Shown here piece after piece: positions 1 to 9,242 of a stretch of 64,000 bases of DNA; the stretch's first letter is position 1, and every line of letters begins with the position of its first letter. Under the pieces are notes generated by a model. It saw only the letters and a list, made by a program, of their open reading frames with translations. It searched no databases and had not been told where the DNA came from. The translations under genes and the position numbers were made by a program. Source of the stretch: Actinomycetota bacterium (GTDB lineage Bacteria; Actinomycetota; Actinomycetes; Actinomycetales; Microbacteriaceae); NCBI GenBank assembly GCA_041191585.1, contig JBEEOO010000001.1:63097-127096 (forward strand). The letters are read 5' to 3'.

Positions 1-1264
1 AGAACTCGCTTAGGTCTACAGCCTTGCCCTTTGCGTCGGTGACAACTGCGGTCGCTAGAACTGCAGTTAGTGCCTTGCGACGAGCAACCTCGCCCTGGAA
101 ACCAGGAAGCTGTCCCTGCTCAACAATTGCGTTGATGAACTCCTGAGGAGCCATGCCGTACTGCTGCGAAGCCTGGATTAGGTGCTGGATAAGCTCCTGC
201 TCACTAACGGTGACGTTCTCGGCCTCGGCAATTGCATCAAGAATCATCTGACCCTTGAAGCCCTTGGTGCTCTCTTCTAGAACCTCAGCGCGGTGCTCCT
301 TGTCTTCAAGGCGACCCTCGCCTTCAAGGTGACGGTTGACTTCGGCTTCAACTAGCTCGTCTGAAACTGCAACATCAGTTAGCTTGATTAGCTCGTCAGT
401 TAGCAACTGACGTGCCTGAATGCCCTGGCCGTAGACCTTTGACATTGCAATCTGCTTTTCAATGTTCTCTTTTAGCTCGGCAAGGGTGTCGAACTCTGAA
501 GCTAGCTTCGCGAACTCGTCGTCAGCAGCTGGAAGCTCGCGCTCCTTGACTGCAACAAGGGTCACAGCAACCTCTGCCTCCTGGCCGGCCTTGTCGCCAC
601 CAACGAGCTTTGACTTGAAAGTGGTTGATTCGCCTGCAGTCAAGGTGTCTAGGGCGTCATCGATGCCATCAAGCAGATTGCCTGAGCCGATTTCATAGGA
701 GATGTTCTGGGCTGCATCGATCTGTTTGCCATCGATAGTTGCAGTTAGGTCGATAGTGGTGAAATCGCCCTTCTTTGCTGCACGGTCAACGGTCTTTAGG
801 GTGCCGAAGCGGGCACGCAGTGCGTCTAGCTCTGCTTCGACTTCGATTCCGCCAACCTTAGCCTCGTCAACCTTGACCTTTAGGCCTGAGTACTTTGGAA
901 GCTTGATTTCTGGGCGAACCTCGACCTCGATTTCTACGATTAGGTTGCCTGCGAAAGTCTTCTCGTCTGGGGTCTGCTTGATGTCAGCCTGTGGCTGGCC
1001 AAGCGGAGCAAGCTTCTCGGCTGCAAGTGCATCGCGGTAGATGCGGTCTAGGCCGTCGTTGATTGCGTGAGCCAAGATCGCTGGGCGACCAATGCGCTGG
1101 TCAAGAATCGCAGCAGGGATCTTACCTTTGCGGAAACCAGGAACGTTTACTTCTTCGCCGATGTGCTCGTAAGCGTGGTCAAGGCTTGGCTTGAATTCTT
1201 CTGGGGTGACCTCAATGGTTAGCTTTACGCGGGTCGGCTTGATGCGGTCAACAGTGGTCTTCAA
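1..1264 (-). CDS. tig: Trigger factor (3' end runs off the window)
   Basis: Manual translation from TTG at 1264 after AGGAG: MKTTVDRIKPTRVKLTIEV...VPGFRKGKIP, which carries the ribosome-binding signature GFRxGxxP. Not in the ORF track because the stop lies outside the window. Confidence 0.95.
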   Translation of the reverse strand, partial: MKTTVDRIKPTRVKLTIEVTPEEFKPSLDHAYEHIGEEVNVPGFRKGKIPAAILDQRIGRPAILAHAINDGLDRIYRDALAAEKLAPLGQPQADIKQTPDEKTFAGNLIVEIEVEVRPEIKLPKYSGLKVKVDEAKVGGIEVEAELDALRARFGTLKTVDRAAKKGDFTTIDLTATIDGKQIDAAQNISYEIGSGNLLDGIDDALDTLTAGESTTFKSKLVGGDKAGQEAEVAVTLVAVKERELPAADDEFAKLASEFDTLAELKENIEKQIAMSKVYGQGIQARQLLTDELIKLTDVAVSDELVEAEVNRHLEGEGRLEDKEHRAEVLEESTKGFKGQMILDAIAEAENVTVSEQELIQHLIQASQQYGMAPQEFINAIVEQGQLPGFQGEVARRKALTAVLATAVVTDAKGKAVDLSEF

Positions 1265-1279
1265 CTGCGTTCTCCTGAG

Positions 1280-1307
1280 AAAAAGGGTCCGCGGCAAGCC
1301 GCGGACC
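1280..1307 (-). terminator. Intrinsic terminator-like hairpin downstream of tRNA-Pro
   Basis: Inverted repeat GGTCCGCGGC/GCCGCGGACC (1286-1307), followed on the minus strand by CTTTTT. Confidence 0.65.
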
Positions 1308-1342
1308 TCATCGATCTTTATCTTTTTTATCGTTCAGATAAA

Positions 1343-1419
1343 TGGTCGGGATGACAGGATTCGAACCTGCGACCCTCTGTTCCCAAAACAGATGCGCTAC
1401 CAAGCTGCGCTACATCCCG
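1343..1419 (-). tRNA. tRNA-Pro(TGG), CCA encoded
   Basis: Reverse complement CGGGATGTAGCGCAGCTTGGTAGCGCATCTGTTTTGGGAACAGAGGGTCGCAGGTTCGAATCCTGTCATCCCGACCA; anticodon arm TCTGT-TT-TGG-GA-ACAGA. Confidence 0.97.
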
Positions 1420-1523
1420 GTGGATTCTTTTGCTGAAATTCATCAACATCAGAACAACCTCCGCAAGCTTACCCCATAGAATGGACGGGTTGTGTTCTTT
1501 TGAAGAAATTCAACCAACGCCTT

Positions 1524-1597
1524 GCGGGCGTAGCTCAATGGTAGAGCCTCAGTCTTCCAAACTGATGGTGCGGGTTCGATTCCCGTCGCCCGCTCCA
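1524..1597 (+). tRNA. tRNA-Gly(TCC), CCA encoded
   Basis: GCGGGCGTAGCTCAATGGTAGAGC...TCAGT-CT-TCC-AA-ACTGA...GGTTCGATTCCCGTCGCCCGCTCCA folds as a cloverleaf. Confidence 0.97.
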
Positions 1598-1641
1598 TTC
1601 AAATCGAGTCATTCACAGACTCAGGTAATTATTTGAAACAG

Positions 1642-1667
1642 AAAGCAACCAGAGATGGTTGCTTTTT
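1642..1667 (+). terminator. Intrinsic terminator after tRNA-Gly
   Basis: AAAGCAACCA-GAGA-TGGTTGCTTT then TT. A TAGACT -10-like hexamer (1667-1672) follows for the next gene. Confidence 0.65.
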
Positions 1668-1712
1668 AGACTTAAAGCCTGTCGCAAAGTAAAAACACAA
1701 AAACGGAGAATC

Positions 1713-2957
1713 GTGTCTGCACCAACCGCCCTAGATTTTGGCCCTGCTAAAGGCCTGGTTTGTCGCGAGTGCGGCAATCTAGTTGATCTCGGCCCTCGTC
1801 ACGTTTGTGAAGAGTGTTTCGGCCCGCTAGAGGTCAGCTATGAATTCGGCACAGTAACTCGCGAACAAATAGAGGCTGGCCCGCGCAACATCTGGCGCTA
1901 CGCTCCCCTTCTTCCGGTTCCGCAATCAGCTAGAAACCGCCCAGCAGACCTAAGCCCCGGCTTCACCGCTCTTCAAGAGTCAAAGAATTTGGCTGCCCGA
2001 CTTGGCATGAAAAAGCTTTGGATCAAAGACGACCGAGGCAACCCAACCCACTCTTTCAAAGATCGCGTGGTTGCGGTGGCAATGACCGCCGGCAAAACCC
2101 TTGGTTTCACCACGATTAGCTGCGCTTCTACCGGAAACCTGGCAAATTCAGTCGCAGCAGCAGCTGCCCGTGCCGGCATTCGTTCAGTGGTTTTGATTCC
2201 AGACAACCTAGAGCTAGGCAAAGTTTTGACCAGCGCGGTTTATGGAACGACCTTGGTTGGCATCCACGGAAACTATGACGACGTCAACAAGCTGTGCTCA
2301 GAAATCGCCGACGATCGCGGATACGGGTTCGTAAACGTAAATCTTCGCCCCTACTATGCCGAAGGCTCGAAGACTCTTGGCTATGAAATCGCAGAGCAGT
2401 TGGGTTGGCGTCTGCCAGATCAGGTGGTCGTGCCGATTGCCTCAGGTTCGCTAATGACCAAGATCGACAAGGCATTCAAAGAGCTGATCAAGCTCGGTTT
2501 GGTCGAGGCAAAGCCATACAAGATTTTTGGCTCACAGGCCACGGGCTGCAATCCGGTTGCTGAAGCATATGAAAAAGGCTGGGATGTGGTTCGCCCGCAA
2601 AAGCCAAACACCATCGCAAAGTCTTTGGCAATTGGAAACCCTGCCGACGGGCCGTACGCCATCGATGTAGCAAACAACACTGGCGGTGCAATTGGCCACA
2701 TCTCTGACGAAGAGGTTGTCGCCGGCATTCGCTTGCTAGCTGAAACTGAAGGCATTTTCGCCGAAACCGCTGGTGGGGTGACCGTCGGAAACCTAAAAAA
2801 GTTTGTTGAATCAGGGCTGCTTGACCCAGAACTTGAAACTGTTGTGCTCAACACTGGCGACGGACTAAAGACCCTTGATGCGATAGCCGACGAGGTTGGC
2901 TTCAGCGTCACCATCCCACCTACCCTCGAGGCGTTCCGCGCTGCGGTTCCCGAATAG
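1713..2957 (+). CDS. Threonine-synthase-family PLP enzyme with N-terminal Zn ribbon (ThrC-like; possibly a sulfur-carrier-dependent homocysteine synthase)
   Basis: NPTHSFKDR PLP lysine motif, CASTGN, CRECG...CEECFG Zn ribbon. GTG start at 1713 after GGAG. Lies directly upstream of a MoaD/ThiS-like gene. Confidence 0.88.
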   Translation: MSAPTALDFGPAKGLVCRECGNLVDLGPRHVCEECFGPLEVSYEFGTVTREQIEAGPRNIWRYAPLLPVPQSARNRPADLSPGFTALQESKNLAARLGMKKLWIKDDRGNPTHSFKDRVVAVAMTAGKTLGFTTISCASTGNLANSVAAAAARAGIRSVVLIPDNLELGKVLTSAVYGTTLVGIHGNYDDVNKLCSEIADDRGYGFVNVNLRPYYAEGSKTLGYEIAEQLGWRLPDQVVVPIASGSLMTKIDKAFKELIKLGLVEAKPYKIFGSQATGCNPVAEAYEKGWDVVRPQKPNTIAKSLAIGNPADGPYAIDVANNTGGAIGHISDEEVVAGIRLLAETEGIFAETAGGVTVGNLKKFVESGLLDPELETVVLNTGDGLKTLDAIADEVGFSVTIPPTLEAFRAAVPE

Positions 2958-2972
2958 TCAGAAAGCAAATCA

Positions 2973-3251
2973 ATGTCAGTTATCGTTCGCGTTCCAACCA
3001 TTCTTCGCAGCTACACCGGCGGTGACGCCGAAGTTAACGCTTCAGGCGCAACCCTGAACGACGTGCTACATGACCTAGAAACCCGCCACTCTGGCCTGCT
3101 CACCCGCATCCTTGACGACAACGGCAAGATCCGTCGTTTCGTGAACATCTATGTAAATGAAGAAGATGTTCGTTTCGAGCAGGGCCTAGAAACTCCTACT
3201 CCAGCAGGCACAAACATCTCGATTTTGGCTGCGGTAGCTGGCGGTTTCTAA
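2973..3251 (+). CDS. MoaD/ThiS/CysO-family ubiquitin-like sulfur carrier protein
   Basis: VRVPTILRSYTGG, RRFVNIYVNEEDVRF, C-terminus AVAGGF. Confidence 0.92.
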   Translation: MSVIVRVPTILRSYTGGDAEVNASGATLNDVLHDLETRHSGLLTRILDDNGKIRRFVNIYVNEEDVRFEQGLETPTPAGTNISILAAVAGGF

Positions 3252-3254
3252 ACG

Positions 3255-4055
3255 CTATCTCTGGCAGCTAGGGCAAAAATACAGCTTTCTCGTTGCCATT
3301 ATCTCGATGGCCACATGAGTTTTGCAGACCCGGCAGTTCAGGCCTTCGCGCTTATAGACAAAGTTGCGATCGCTTTTCGTCGGGTTTTTAGTCAGCAATT
3401 CGTCTCGCGTAATCATTACGCCTTTTTTCACGCCAACCTTGAGTAGTTTGACGCTGTCTTGCCAAAGTGCATCCAGTTCTTCGCGAGTCAGTTGGTTCGC
3501 TGGGCGATACGGGTTGATTCCGGCCCGAAATAGCAGTTCGGCGCGATAGACGTTGCCGATGCCGCTGATTGCCTCTTGGTTCATCAAAAGCTGACCAATT
3601 GGGGTCTTTGTCTTTGCGGCTCGAACTGCGAACCTCTCAAACTCCGCGCCTGTTGGGTCTGGGTTTAGCGGATCTGGTCCGAGGCGCTTTTCGATAGTCG
3701 AAACTTCATCAACGCCAATAACCTCGCATACCGTTGGGCCACGAAGGTCGGCGAAGTGATCCTGATTTGCAAATCTGGCGCGTACTTCGCCTATTGGATC
3801 CGGCAATCCCTCGTCACTAAGTGACGAAAACGCCCATTTTCCGTAGATTCCGAGGTGAATTCTGAGCGTTAGATCATTGTCGAAATTCAAGAATAGCTGC
3901 TTGCCGATAGCCTTTGCAGCCATCAGTTTGCGGCCTGAAATGAGCGCGGCACCTGACGCGAATCGCCCTTGCGGCGAGCTTATTTCTATCGGTTTAGAGC
4001 TGAAAAGTTCATTGAACTGATTGGCAGTCCGATGTACGGTGTGACCCTCAGGCAA
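3255..4055 (-). CDS. nei: Fpg/Nei-family DNA glycosylase
   Basis: N-terminal PEGH, H2TH motif GIGNVYRAE, C-terminal CxxC...CPSCQ zinc finger. Confidence 0.92.
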   Translation of the reverse strand: MPEGHTVHRTANQFNELFSSKPIEISSPQGRFASGAALISGRKLMAAKAIGKQLFLNFDNDLTLRIHLGIYGKWAFSSLSDEGLPDPIGEVRARFANQDHFADLRGPTVCEVIGVDEVSTIEKRLGPDPLNPDPTGAEFERFAVRAAKTKTPIGQLLMNQEAISGIGNVYRAELLFRAGINPYRPANQLTREELDALWQDSVKLLKVGVKKGVMITRDELLTKNPTKSDRNFVYKREGLNCRVCKTHVAIEIMATRKLYFCPSCQR

Positions 4056-4526
4056 TTAGAGAATGTCTCCAGTAGTTTCATAGGTCGCGATTTTGCCAAT
4101 TCGACGAACGTGACGCTCATCATTGCTGAATGGCTCAGCCACGAACAACTCGATCAGGCGCAAAACCTCATCTTGGCTGTGCTGACGCGCGCCAACTGCG
4201 ATCACATTTGCGTCGTTGTGCTCACGGGCAAGCTTTGCGGTCGACTCGTTCCAAGCAAGAGCGGCACGGATGCCCTCAACTTTGTTGGCGGCAATCTGCT
4301 CGCCGTTTCCAGAACCGCCAAGCACAATTCCTAGCGCTTCAACGCCAGCCTTCTGGTCTGCCACAACTGCAAGGGCAGCATTAATGCAGAAACTTGGATA
4401 GTCATCAAGCGGGTCATAGCTCTGTGGTCCGTGATCGAAAACCTCGTGACCCTGCTTGGTTAGCTCGCGAATCAAGAAGTGACTTAGTTCGAGACCTGCA
4501 TGGTCAGTGGCAATGTGAATGCGCAT
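4056..4526 (-). CDS. rpiB: Ribose-5-phosphate isomerase B
   Basis: DHAG, DDYP, GGSGNGEQIAANK, AREHNDAN motifs. Confidence 0.95.
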   Translation of the reverse strand: MRIHIATDHAGLELSHFLIRELTKQGHEVFDHGPQSYDPLDDYPSFCINAALAVVADQKAGVEALGIVLGGSGNGEQIAANKVEGIRAALAWNESTAKLAREHNDANVIAVGARQHSQDEVLRLIELFVAEPFSNDERHVRRIGKIATYETTGDIL

Positions 4527-4604
4527 TTGAGCTCTTTCGGTAGGCAGTTAACTGATTATTTCACGCTCGCAACCGGCAAGCCCTCGTCTGGTTAAGCTAG
4601 TCGC

Positions 4605-7160
4605 ATGCCTGGAGAGAACCTAACCCGCAAAGAAGCCCAAGACCGCGCAGCAATTCTGAAGGTCGAAAGTTATGAGATCCACCTAGATCTGACCAGTTCA
4701 GATGTCACATTTAGGTCAGAGACCACTGTGAAGTTCAGCAGCAGCCAGCCGGGAGCCAGCACTTTTATTGATGCCATAACCGATCAGGTGCATCAGGTGA
4801 CACTCAACGGTGAGGCTCTGGATCCTTCGGTTGTTGCCGATGGCACCAGAATTCAATTGCCTAACCTGGCTGCCGACAACGTGCTGACTGTTATCGCAGA
4901 TGCGAAATACATGAATACTGGCGAGGGTCTGCACCGATTTGTTGACCCGGTCGATAACGAGGTTTATCTCTATACCCAGTTCGAAGTGCCTGACTCGCGT
5001 CGTGTGTTCGCAGTTTTTGAGCAGCCTGACCTCAAAGCGACTTTCCAGTTCAACATCACTGCTAAGTCTGACTGGAAAATAGTCTCAAACCAGACCACTC
5101 CTGCCCCAACCACTCTAGAAACAGGCAAGTCGGTTTGGCGTTTTACTCCAACCCCACGAATTTCCAGTTACATCACCGCTTTGATTGCCGGCCCGTATGA
5201 AGAAGTGCGCAGTGAGCTGACCAGCGCCGATGGACGCGTGATTCCGCTGGGTGTTTTCTGTCGCGCTTCGCTGGCGCCTTACCTAGACGCAGATTATGTC
5301 TTCGAAAAAACCCGGCAGGGCTTCGAGTTCTACGAGAAGGCTTTCGAGCTGCCTTATCCGTTTGAAAAATATGACCAGCTATTCGTGCCTGAATTCAACG
5401 CTGGCGCAATGGAGAACGCTGGTGCGGTCACTTTCACTGAGGTTTACGTCTTTAGATCAAAGGTGACCGATGCAACTCGCGAGCGTCGAGTGGTCACCAT
5501 TTTGCACGAGCTGGCCCACATGTGGTTTGGCGACTTGGTCACCATGAAGTGGTGGAATGACCTGTGGCTAAACGAATCTTTTGCTGAGTATGCATCGACG
5601 CTGGCAACCGCCGAGGCTACCGAGTGGCACTCAGCTTGGACCACTTTTGCCTCACTCGAGAAGTCATGGGCTTATCGCCAGGATCAACTGCCTTCAACTC
5701 ACCCGATTGTGGCCGAAATCAATGACCTGCACGATGTTCAGGTGAACTTTGACGGAATCACCTATGCGAAGGGTGCTTCGGTTTTGAAGCAGTTAGTTGC
5801 CTGGGTTGGTCAAGAGCAATTCATGAAAGGCGTAGCTCGCTATTTCAAGAAGCATGCCTATGGCAACACCGAATTGAATGACTTGCTGGTTGAGCTTGAG
5901 ACAACCTCGGGGCGTGAGCTTCGTGACTGGTCAAAGCTATGGCTTGAAACGGCTGGTGTAAACACTCTTCGCCCAGTAATCGAAGTTGATGCGGATGGCA
6001 AAATTTCTGACTTTGCTATCGCTCAGACAGCTATCGACGAGCACCCAACCATTCGCCCCCACCGCATCGCAGTCGGTTTCTATAACTTGGTTGATGGTGT
6101 TTTGACTCGCACGCATCGAGTTGAAACTGACATCGATGGCGCGAGCACTCAGTTAGCTGAATTGATCGGGCATGATCGGCCGGATCTAGTGCTGATTAAC
6201 GATGACGATTTGGCTTATGCCAAAATCCGTCTGGATGCGCAGAGTCTCGCTTTTGCACTAGATAACCTAAAGAACTTTGCCGACCCGCTGCCCCGCACTT
6301 TGATATGGGGCTCTGCCTGGGACACAGCGCGCGACGCAGAAATGTCACCTCGTGATTTTGTTCGCCTAGTGCTGAACAACATCGAGTTTGAAACTGAGTC
6401 AACCACCAGACTGACTTTGCTTCGTCAACTATCCACCGCAGTCCGCTCATTTGTAGCTCCTAAGAATCGCGATGGCGTGCTTATTGACGCAGCAGATCAA
6501 CTTTGGTCACTTGCCAAGCGTGCCGAGGCGGGCTCAGACGCGCAGTTCCAGTTTGTGCGCTTCTTTGCTCAGTTTGCCGTCACCGATGCGCACTTTGACT
6601 CACTGGCTCGCCTGCTGGACGGCTCAGAGAAATTGGCCGGCCTAGAGATTGACGCCGATTTGCGCTGGGAGCTAATTGGTGGCCTGGTTGTTGGCGGTCG
6701 AATCGACGAAGCTGGCATTGCTGCCGCTCTAGCGAACGACAACACCGCAAACGGTCAGAAGGCTGCCGCTGCCGCTCGAGCTTCGTTGCCTACCGCTGCT
6801 GCAAAGGCTGCAATCTGGCACACGCTGGTTGAAACACATGAGCTGTCTAACACGCTTCTTGACGCCGCCAGCTTGTCATTCGGCCGGACTCTCGATGACT
6901 CATTGCTAGAACCTTACATAGACAAGTATTTCGATCGCGCACTGCACATGTGGACCAGCAATACCTTCAAGATTGCCGAATACCTGCTTGAGAACCTGTA
7001 TCCAATTGGAATGGCCAGCGAGAGTTTGCAGAGCAAGACCAAGGCATTCATTGCGCGCCCAGAGGTCGCCGAAATTCCAGCCCTGAAGCGTATTCTGATT
7101 GAGAACTTGGCAAACGTTGACCGCGCCCTAAGGGCACAAGCGGCCGACCTGAAAGGCTAA
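4605..7160 (+). CDS. pepN: Aminopeptidase N (M1 family)
   Basis: GAMEN and HELAH-x18-E (WLNESF) motifs. TAAGCT lies 6 nt before the ATG (likely leaderless). Confidence 0.96.
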   Translation: MPGENLTRKEAQDRAAILKVESYEIHLDLTSSDVTFRSETTVKFSSSQPGASTFIDAITDQVHQVTLNGEALDPSVVADGTRIQLPNLAADNVLTVIADAKYMNTGEGLHRFVDPVDNEVYLYTQFEVPDSRRVFAVFEQPDLKATFQFNITAKSDWKIVSNQTTPAPTTLETGKSVWRFTPTPRISSYITALIAGPYEEVRSELTSADGRVIPLGVFCRASLAPYLDADYVFEKTRQGFEFYEKAFELPYPFEKYDQLFVPEFNAGAMENAGAVTFTEVYVFRSKVTDATRERRVVTILHELAHMWFGDLVTMKWWNDLWLNESFAEYASTLATAEATEWHSAWTTFASLEKSWAYRQDQLPSTHPIVAEINDLHDVQVNFDGITYAKGASVLKQLVAWVGQEQFMKGVARYFKKHAYGNTELNDLLVELETTSGRELRDWSKLWLETAGVNTLRPVIEVDADGKISDFAIAQTAIDEHPTIRPHRIAVGFYNLVDGVLTRTHRVETDIDGASTQLAELIGHDRPDLVLINDDDLAYAKIRLDAQSLAFALDNLKNFADPLPRTLIWGSAWDTARDAEMSPRDFVRLVLNNIEFETESTTRLTLLRQLSTAVRSFVAPKNRDGVLIDAADQLWSLAKRAEAGSDAQFQFVRFFAQFAVTDAHFDSLARLLDGSEKLAGLEIDADLRWELIGGLVVGGRIDEAGIAAALANDNTANGQKAAAAARASLPTAAAKAAIWHTLVETHELSNTLLDAASLSFGRTLDDSLLEPYIDKYFDRALHMWTSNTFKIAEYLLENLYPIGMASESLQSKTKAFIARPEVAEIPALKRILIENLANVDRALRAQAADLKG

Positions 7161-7163
7161 ACA

Positions 7164-8069
7164 GTGATCATTGCAAGCGCATGGCCCCAGTGGGCGCAGG
7201 ATGTCTGGACCGACTGGGCTCCCCTGATCCGCATTGGTTTGATTTTGATCGCAGCAATTGCAATTCGCATCGGCTTGCAATTTGCGATTAGGCGCGCGGT
7301 TCGCTCGATCGAGAACGGTGTCGACGGCAAGCTAAAGGGGCTTGGTGCCAAAGACAGCTCGCCTTTGGCTCAGGCTCGCGTGGTTCAGCGAGCTCGCACG
7401 ATGGCTTCGGTGCTTTCAAACTTTGTCACCTGGAGCGTTGTAATCATGGCGATAGCGGCGATTTTGAGTGAGCTTGGCGTGGCCGTTGGTGCGCTAGTTG
7501 CCGGTGCAGGTGTTCTAGGCGCGGCTATTGGTTTTGGTGCACAGAGTTTGGTTCGAGACCTTATTAGCGGTCTCTTCATCGTTTTCGAAGACCAGTATGG
7601 AGTCGGCGACTTTGTTGATCTCGGTCAGGCGAGCGGTGTTGTAGAGCTGGTTGGTCTGCGAGTGACCCAGGTGCGCGACATCAACGGAACCCTTTGGTAC
7701 GTGCGTAATGGCGAAATTATCCGTGTTGGAAACCACTCACAGGGCTGGTCTCGCGTGGTGCTAGATGTGCCACTGGAATATTCAGCAAACATTGACAAGG
7801 CTCGAGCCGCAATTGCCGCAGCCGCGAACGCGGTTGCCGATGCATTCAAGACAGACGTTATTCACGAACCAGAAATTTGGGGTATCGAAGCGCTTTCTGG
7901 TGAGCAGGTTGTGGTTCGACTAGTTCAACAAGTGAAACCAAGTCATCAGGATGAAATTGCTCGTGCGCTTCGACTTGAAGTGAAGAAGTCACTTGATAAG
8001 GCAAAGATCTCGCTAGCTTCTAGCACCGCGCCGATTTATGTTGAAGTTGCCGGAAAGGCCGTCAAGTAA
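7164..8069 (+). CDS. MscS-family mechanosensitive channel
   Basis: TM helices, GAAIGFGAQSLVRDLISG, EDQYGVGD, GLRVTQVRD. Confidence 0.92.
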   Translation: MIIASAWPQWAQDVWTDWAPLIRIGLILIAAIAIRIGLQFAIRRAVRSIENGVDGKLKGLGAKDSSPLAQARVVQRARTMASVLSNFVTWSVVIMAIAAILSELGVAVGALVAGAGVLGAAIGFGAQSLVRDLISGLFIVFEDQYGVGDFVDLGQASGVVELVGLRVTQVRDINGTLWYVRNGEIIRVGNHSQGWSRVVLDVPLEYSANIDKARAAIAAAANAVADAFKTDVIHEPEIWGIEALSGEQVVVRLVQQVKPSHQDEIARALRLEVKKSLDKAKISLASSTAPIYVEVAGKAVK

Positions 8070-8519
8070 TTGGCAAATGGATTTGAGCAGGCCGCCAAAA
8101 TTGAGCCGGTTCGCATTCGTGGACTTAGCGGCGAACAGGCCGGCGGAAACTTTTATGATCGCGTTGGCGGTTCGGCAACTTTCGAGAAATTAGCCAGAAC
8201 TTTTTATCAGGGCGTCGCAGCCGATGACCTATTGAGGCCCATGTATCCAGAAGAGGATTTGGGGCCGGCCGCAATTCGACTTCAGCTGTTTCTTGAGCAG
8301 TATTGGGGTGGCCCAACAACCTATCAAGAGCAGCGTGGTCACCCGAGATTGAGAATGCGCCATCAACCGTTTCAAATCGGCCCTGAAGCGCGAGCAAGGT
8401 GGCTTATGCACATGCGCGCGGCTGTTGACTCGCTGAAACTACCTCCGCTTCAAGATGCCGAACTCTGGGCTTATTTGGATCGCGCCGCAACTGCGATGCT
8501 AAATAGCCACGAGGGCTAG
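8070..8519 (+). CDS. glbO: Group II truncated hemoglobin (GlbO-like)
   Basis: FYDRVGG, FLEQYWGGP, GHPRLRMRH motifs. Confidence 0.92.
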   Translation: MANGFEQAAKIEPVRIRGLSGEQAGGNFYDRVGGSATFEKLARTFYQGVAADDLLRPMYPEEDLGPAAIRLQLFLEQYWGGPTTYQEQRGHPRLRMRHQPFQIGPEARARWLMHMRAAVDSLKLPPLQDAELWAYLDRAATAMLNSHEG

Positions 8520-9184
8520 AACTTAGTGGCGGCCCTGGCTAACACGTGCCCGTGCATTGCGCTTAGGCGCACCCATCCTTCGGTGTGATACAGGCCGACC
8601 TCTTCATCTTCGGTCAAGAATCCCAAGCCGGCAGCGGCGAAAGCAGCTCCAGTCGGCACTTTTGACTCAAGGTCAATCCCTTTGCCCCAAATTTCACCAC
8701 GGATGCGAGCCGCGATAGGCCCGCCGACAGACTCAGGGATTGCCGCTGCAACCTCGGCGATGCCGTCTCGTGCGATCTGCGTCAAACGCTGCTCTTTGAT
8801 GGTTCCAGCCTCAATCCAAGCGGTGCGAGGCGGTGAGATGCCCGCCCAAGCCGCCCGCTGAGTTATCGGCATCTCAAACTTCAATTCAACAGAACCAGAA
8901 TCGGCTTCGGCGACCATTTTGGCCAGTCGATCCAGCGCTGCACTTAACTGCACCACACCGTCCAACTCGGCTTCCTCGAGAAGTTCAATGGTCCTGAGCC
9001 CCAAAACAGTCGGGCCCGAGTCCATCAGGCTGCCAGCAAAAATAGGTGCTACATAAACCGCAAGAATTTTTCCGAACGCCCTGAAGCGCACCATTCCATC
9101 CGGATCAAGACGCTTGGCGCGGCTCAAAAAGGACTGCAAATCAACGGTCGACTCGATGTCTGGCAACAGAAAGAAATTGTTCAT
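8516..9184 (-). CDS. Conserved actinobacterial hypothetical protein
   Basis: 222-aa ORF with DLQSFLSRAKRLD and WAGISPP; its position between the globin and the thioesterase matches a conserved locus. Confidence 0.75.
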   Translation of the reverse strand: MNNFFLLPDIESTVDLQSFLSRAKRLDPDGMVRFRAFGKILAVYVAPIFAGSLMDSGPTVLGLRTIELLEEAELDGVVQLSAALDRLAKMVAEADSGSVELKFEMPITQRAAWAGISPPRTAWIEAGTIKEQRLTQIARDGIAEVAAAIPESVGGPIAARIRGEIWGKGIDLESKVPTGAAFAAAGLGFLTEDEEVGLYHTEGWVRLSAMHGHVLARAATKF

Positions 9185-9242
9185 AACTGCTGTCTAAACT
9201 AGCCTGTGTCGACAGCAATGTCAGACAGCCGGACACAAAGGA

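Noticed and set aside
462-1636. Plus-strand ORFs 462-698, 702-1040, 1191-1436, 1430-1636 and the many other short overlapping ORFs in the track
   Set aside because: They are shadow frames of well-supported genes or tRNAs, with no motifs or start signals.
1598-1712. Possible SAM riboswitch upstream of the ThrC-like/sulfur-carrier pair (GCAACC...GGTTGC)
   Set aside because: The other SAM-I/IV core elements are not recognisable. The stem has a GAGA tetraloop and a U tail and fits a tRNA-Gly terminator better. An Rfam scan would settle it.
1524-3254. Integrative element at tRNA-Gly (also checked at tRNA-Arg and tRNA-His)
   Set aside because: No integrase and no duplicated tRNA 3' end (att site) were seen.
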